Assembly (NCBI GenBank): GCA_013239625.1
Contig: MU054338.1
Coordinates: 5,618,724-5,682,723, forward strand
Origin: Lama guanicoe
Taxonomy: Eukaryota
Reading direction: 5' to 3'
Length of the DNA: 64,000 nt
The translations under genes and the position numbers were made by a program. Of the stretch, positions 63,416 through 64,000 are shown piece by piece. The notes beneath the pieces are model-generated. The model was given only the letters and a program-made list of their open reading frames with translations. It had not been told where the DNA came from and searched no databases. Every line of letters starts with the position of its first letter. Positions within the stretch are counted from its first letter, which is position 1.

Positions 63416-64000
63416 GTATATTAGTCAGGGTTCTTCAGAGAAACAGAACTAATAGGATGGATACGTAGAGAGAGAGATTTATTTTAAGGAATTGACCCAT
63501 ATAATTGTGGAGGCTGACAAATCCAAAATCTCAAGGGTGTACCGGCAGGTTAGAGACCCAGGAAAAGAGTCTGAAGGGAGTCTGCTGGAAGAATTCCTCC
63601 TTTCTTGGGGGAAGCCAATCTTTTTTCCTGTAGACCTTCAACTGATTAGATGAGGTCCACCCACACTATCAAGGAGTAATCTGTTTTCCTCAAAGTCCAC
63701 TGATTTAAATGTTTATCTTATCTAAAATGTATCTTCTTAGCAACATCTGGACTGGTCTCTGACAAACATCTTGGCACCATAGTCTCACCAAGTTGACACA
63801 CAAAATTAACCATCACAAATCCACACGTTGTCAGCTTGCCACACACACCTCCTTAAACCACACTTAATCTGCAAATAAAGGCAATAAGAAGATTTGCTTC
63901 TTTGCCATTCTGTAATTGAAATACTAAGACATAATGTTACTAATACTTAAATACTTTGCTATAAAGTCAGTACATCTTATGTTAACATGATATGGAGGGA
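63416..64000 (-). mobile_element. MLT2 LTR (to 63817) plus adjacent ERVL internal sequence
   Basis: attagtcagggttcttcagagaaacagaac...aagttgacacacaaaattaaccatcaca then aatccacacgttgtcagcttg. Confidence 0.75.

Noticed and set aside
1..64000. CRISPR arrays, operons or other prokaryotic systems
   Set aside because: Sequence is intron-containing mammalian DNA; no repeat-spacer arrays seen

Overview
Mammalian genomic DNA, probably camelid: it carries several tRNA-derived vic-1-like SINEs and artiodactyl-type L1 3' ends (lineage is an inference). Left part, minus strand: the 5' ~80% of ADAMTS10. I placed 20 coding exons by GT/AG boundaries; they sum to 2660 nt in one uninterrupted frame (signal peptide, prodomain, HEIGHTFGMNHD metalloprotease, disintegrin-like, TSP1, Cys-rich, spacer, next TSP1). 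There is also a 5'UTR exon, and exon 1 runs into a 440-nt N gap. The gene continues beyond the left edge. Right part, plus strand: the single-coding-exon NFIL3-like bZIP gene NFILZ (50420-51277) with candidate upstream non-coding exons, divergent from ADAMTS10. The rest is mostly L1, L2, MIR, LTR and DNA-transposon debris. The most notable unexplained signal is a CpG-rich, frameshifted minus-strand coding relic at ~30.06-31.27 kb whose fragments appear colinear with DIPK2/FAM69 (divergent protein kinase) proteins, a possible lost paralogue. That match was made by eye and needs a profile search. Also noted: two CTCF sites with the upstream motif, a templated inverted 66-bp insertion inside a (TA)n tract, a hairpin-plus-duplication scar, and complementary (GGAT)n/(CCAT)n tracts bracketing NFILZ. 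Repeat boundaries and family names are approximate and from recall.
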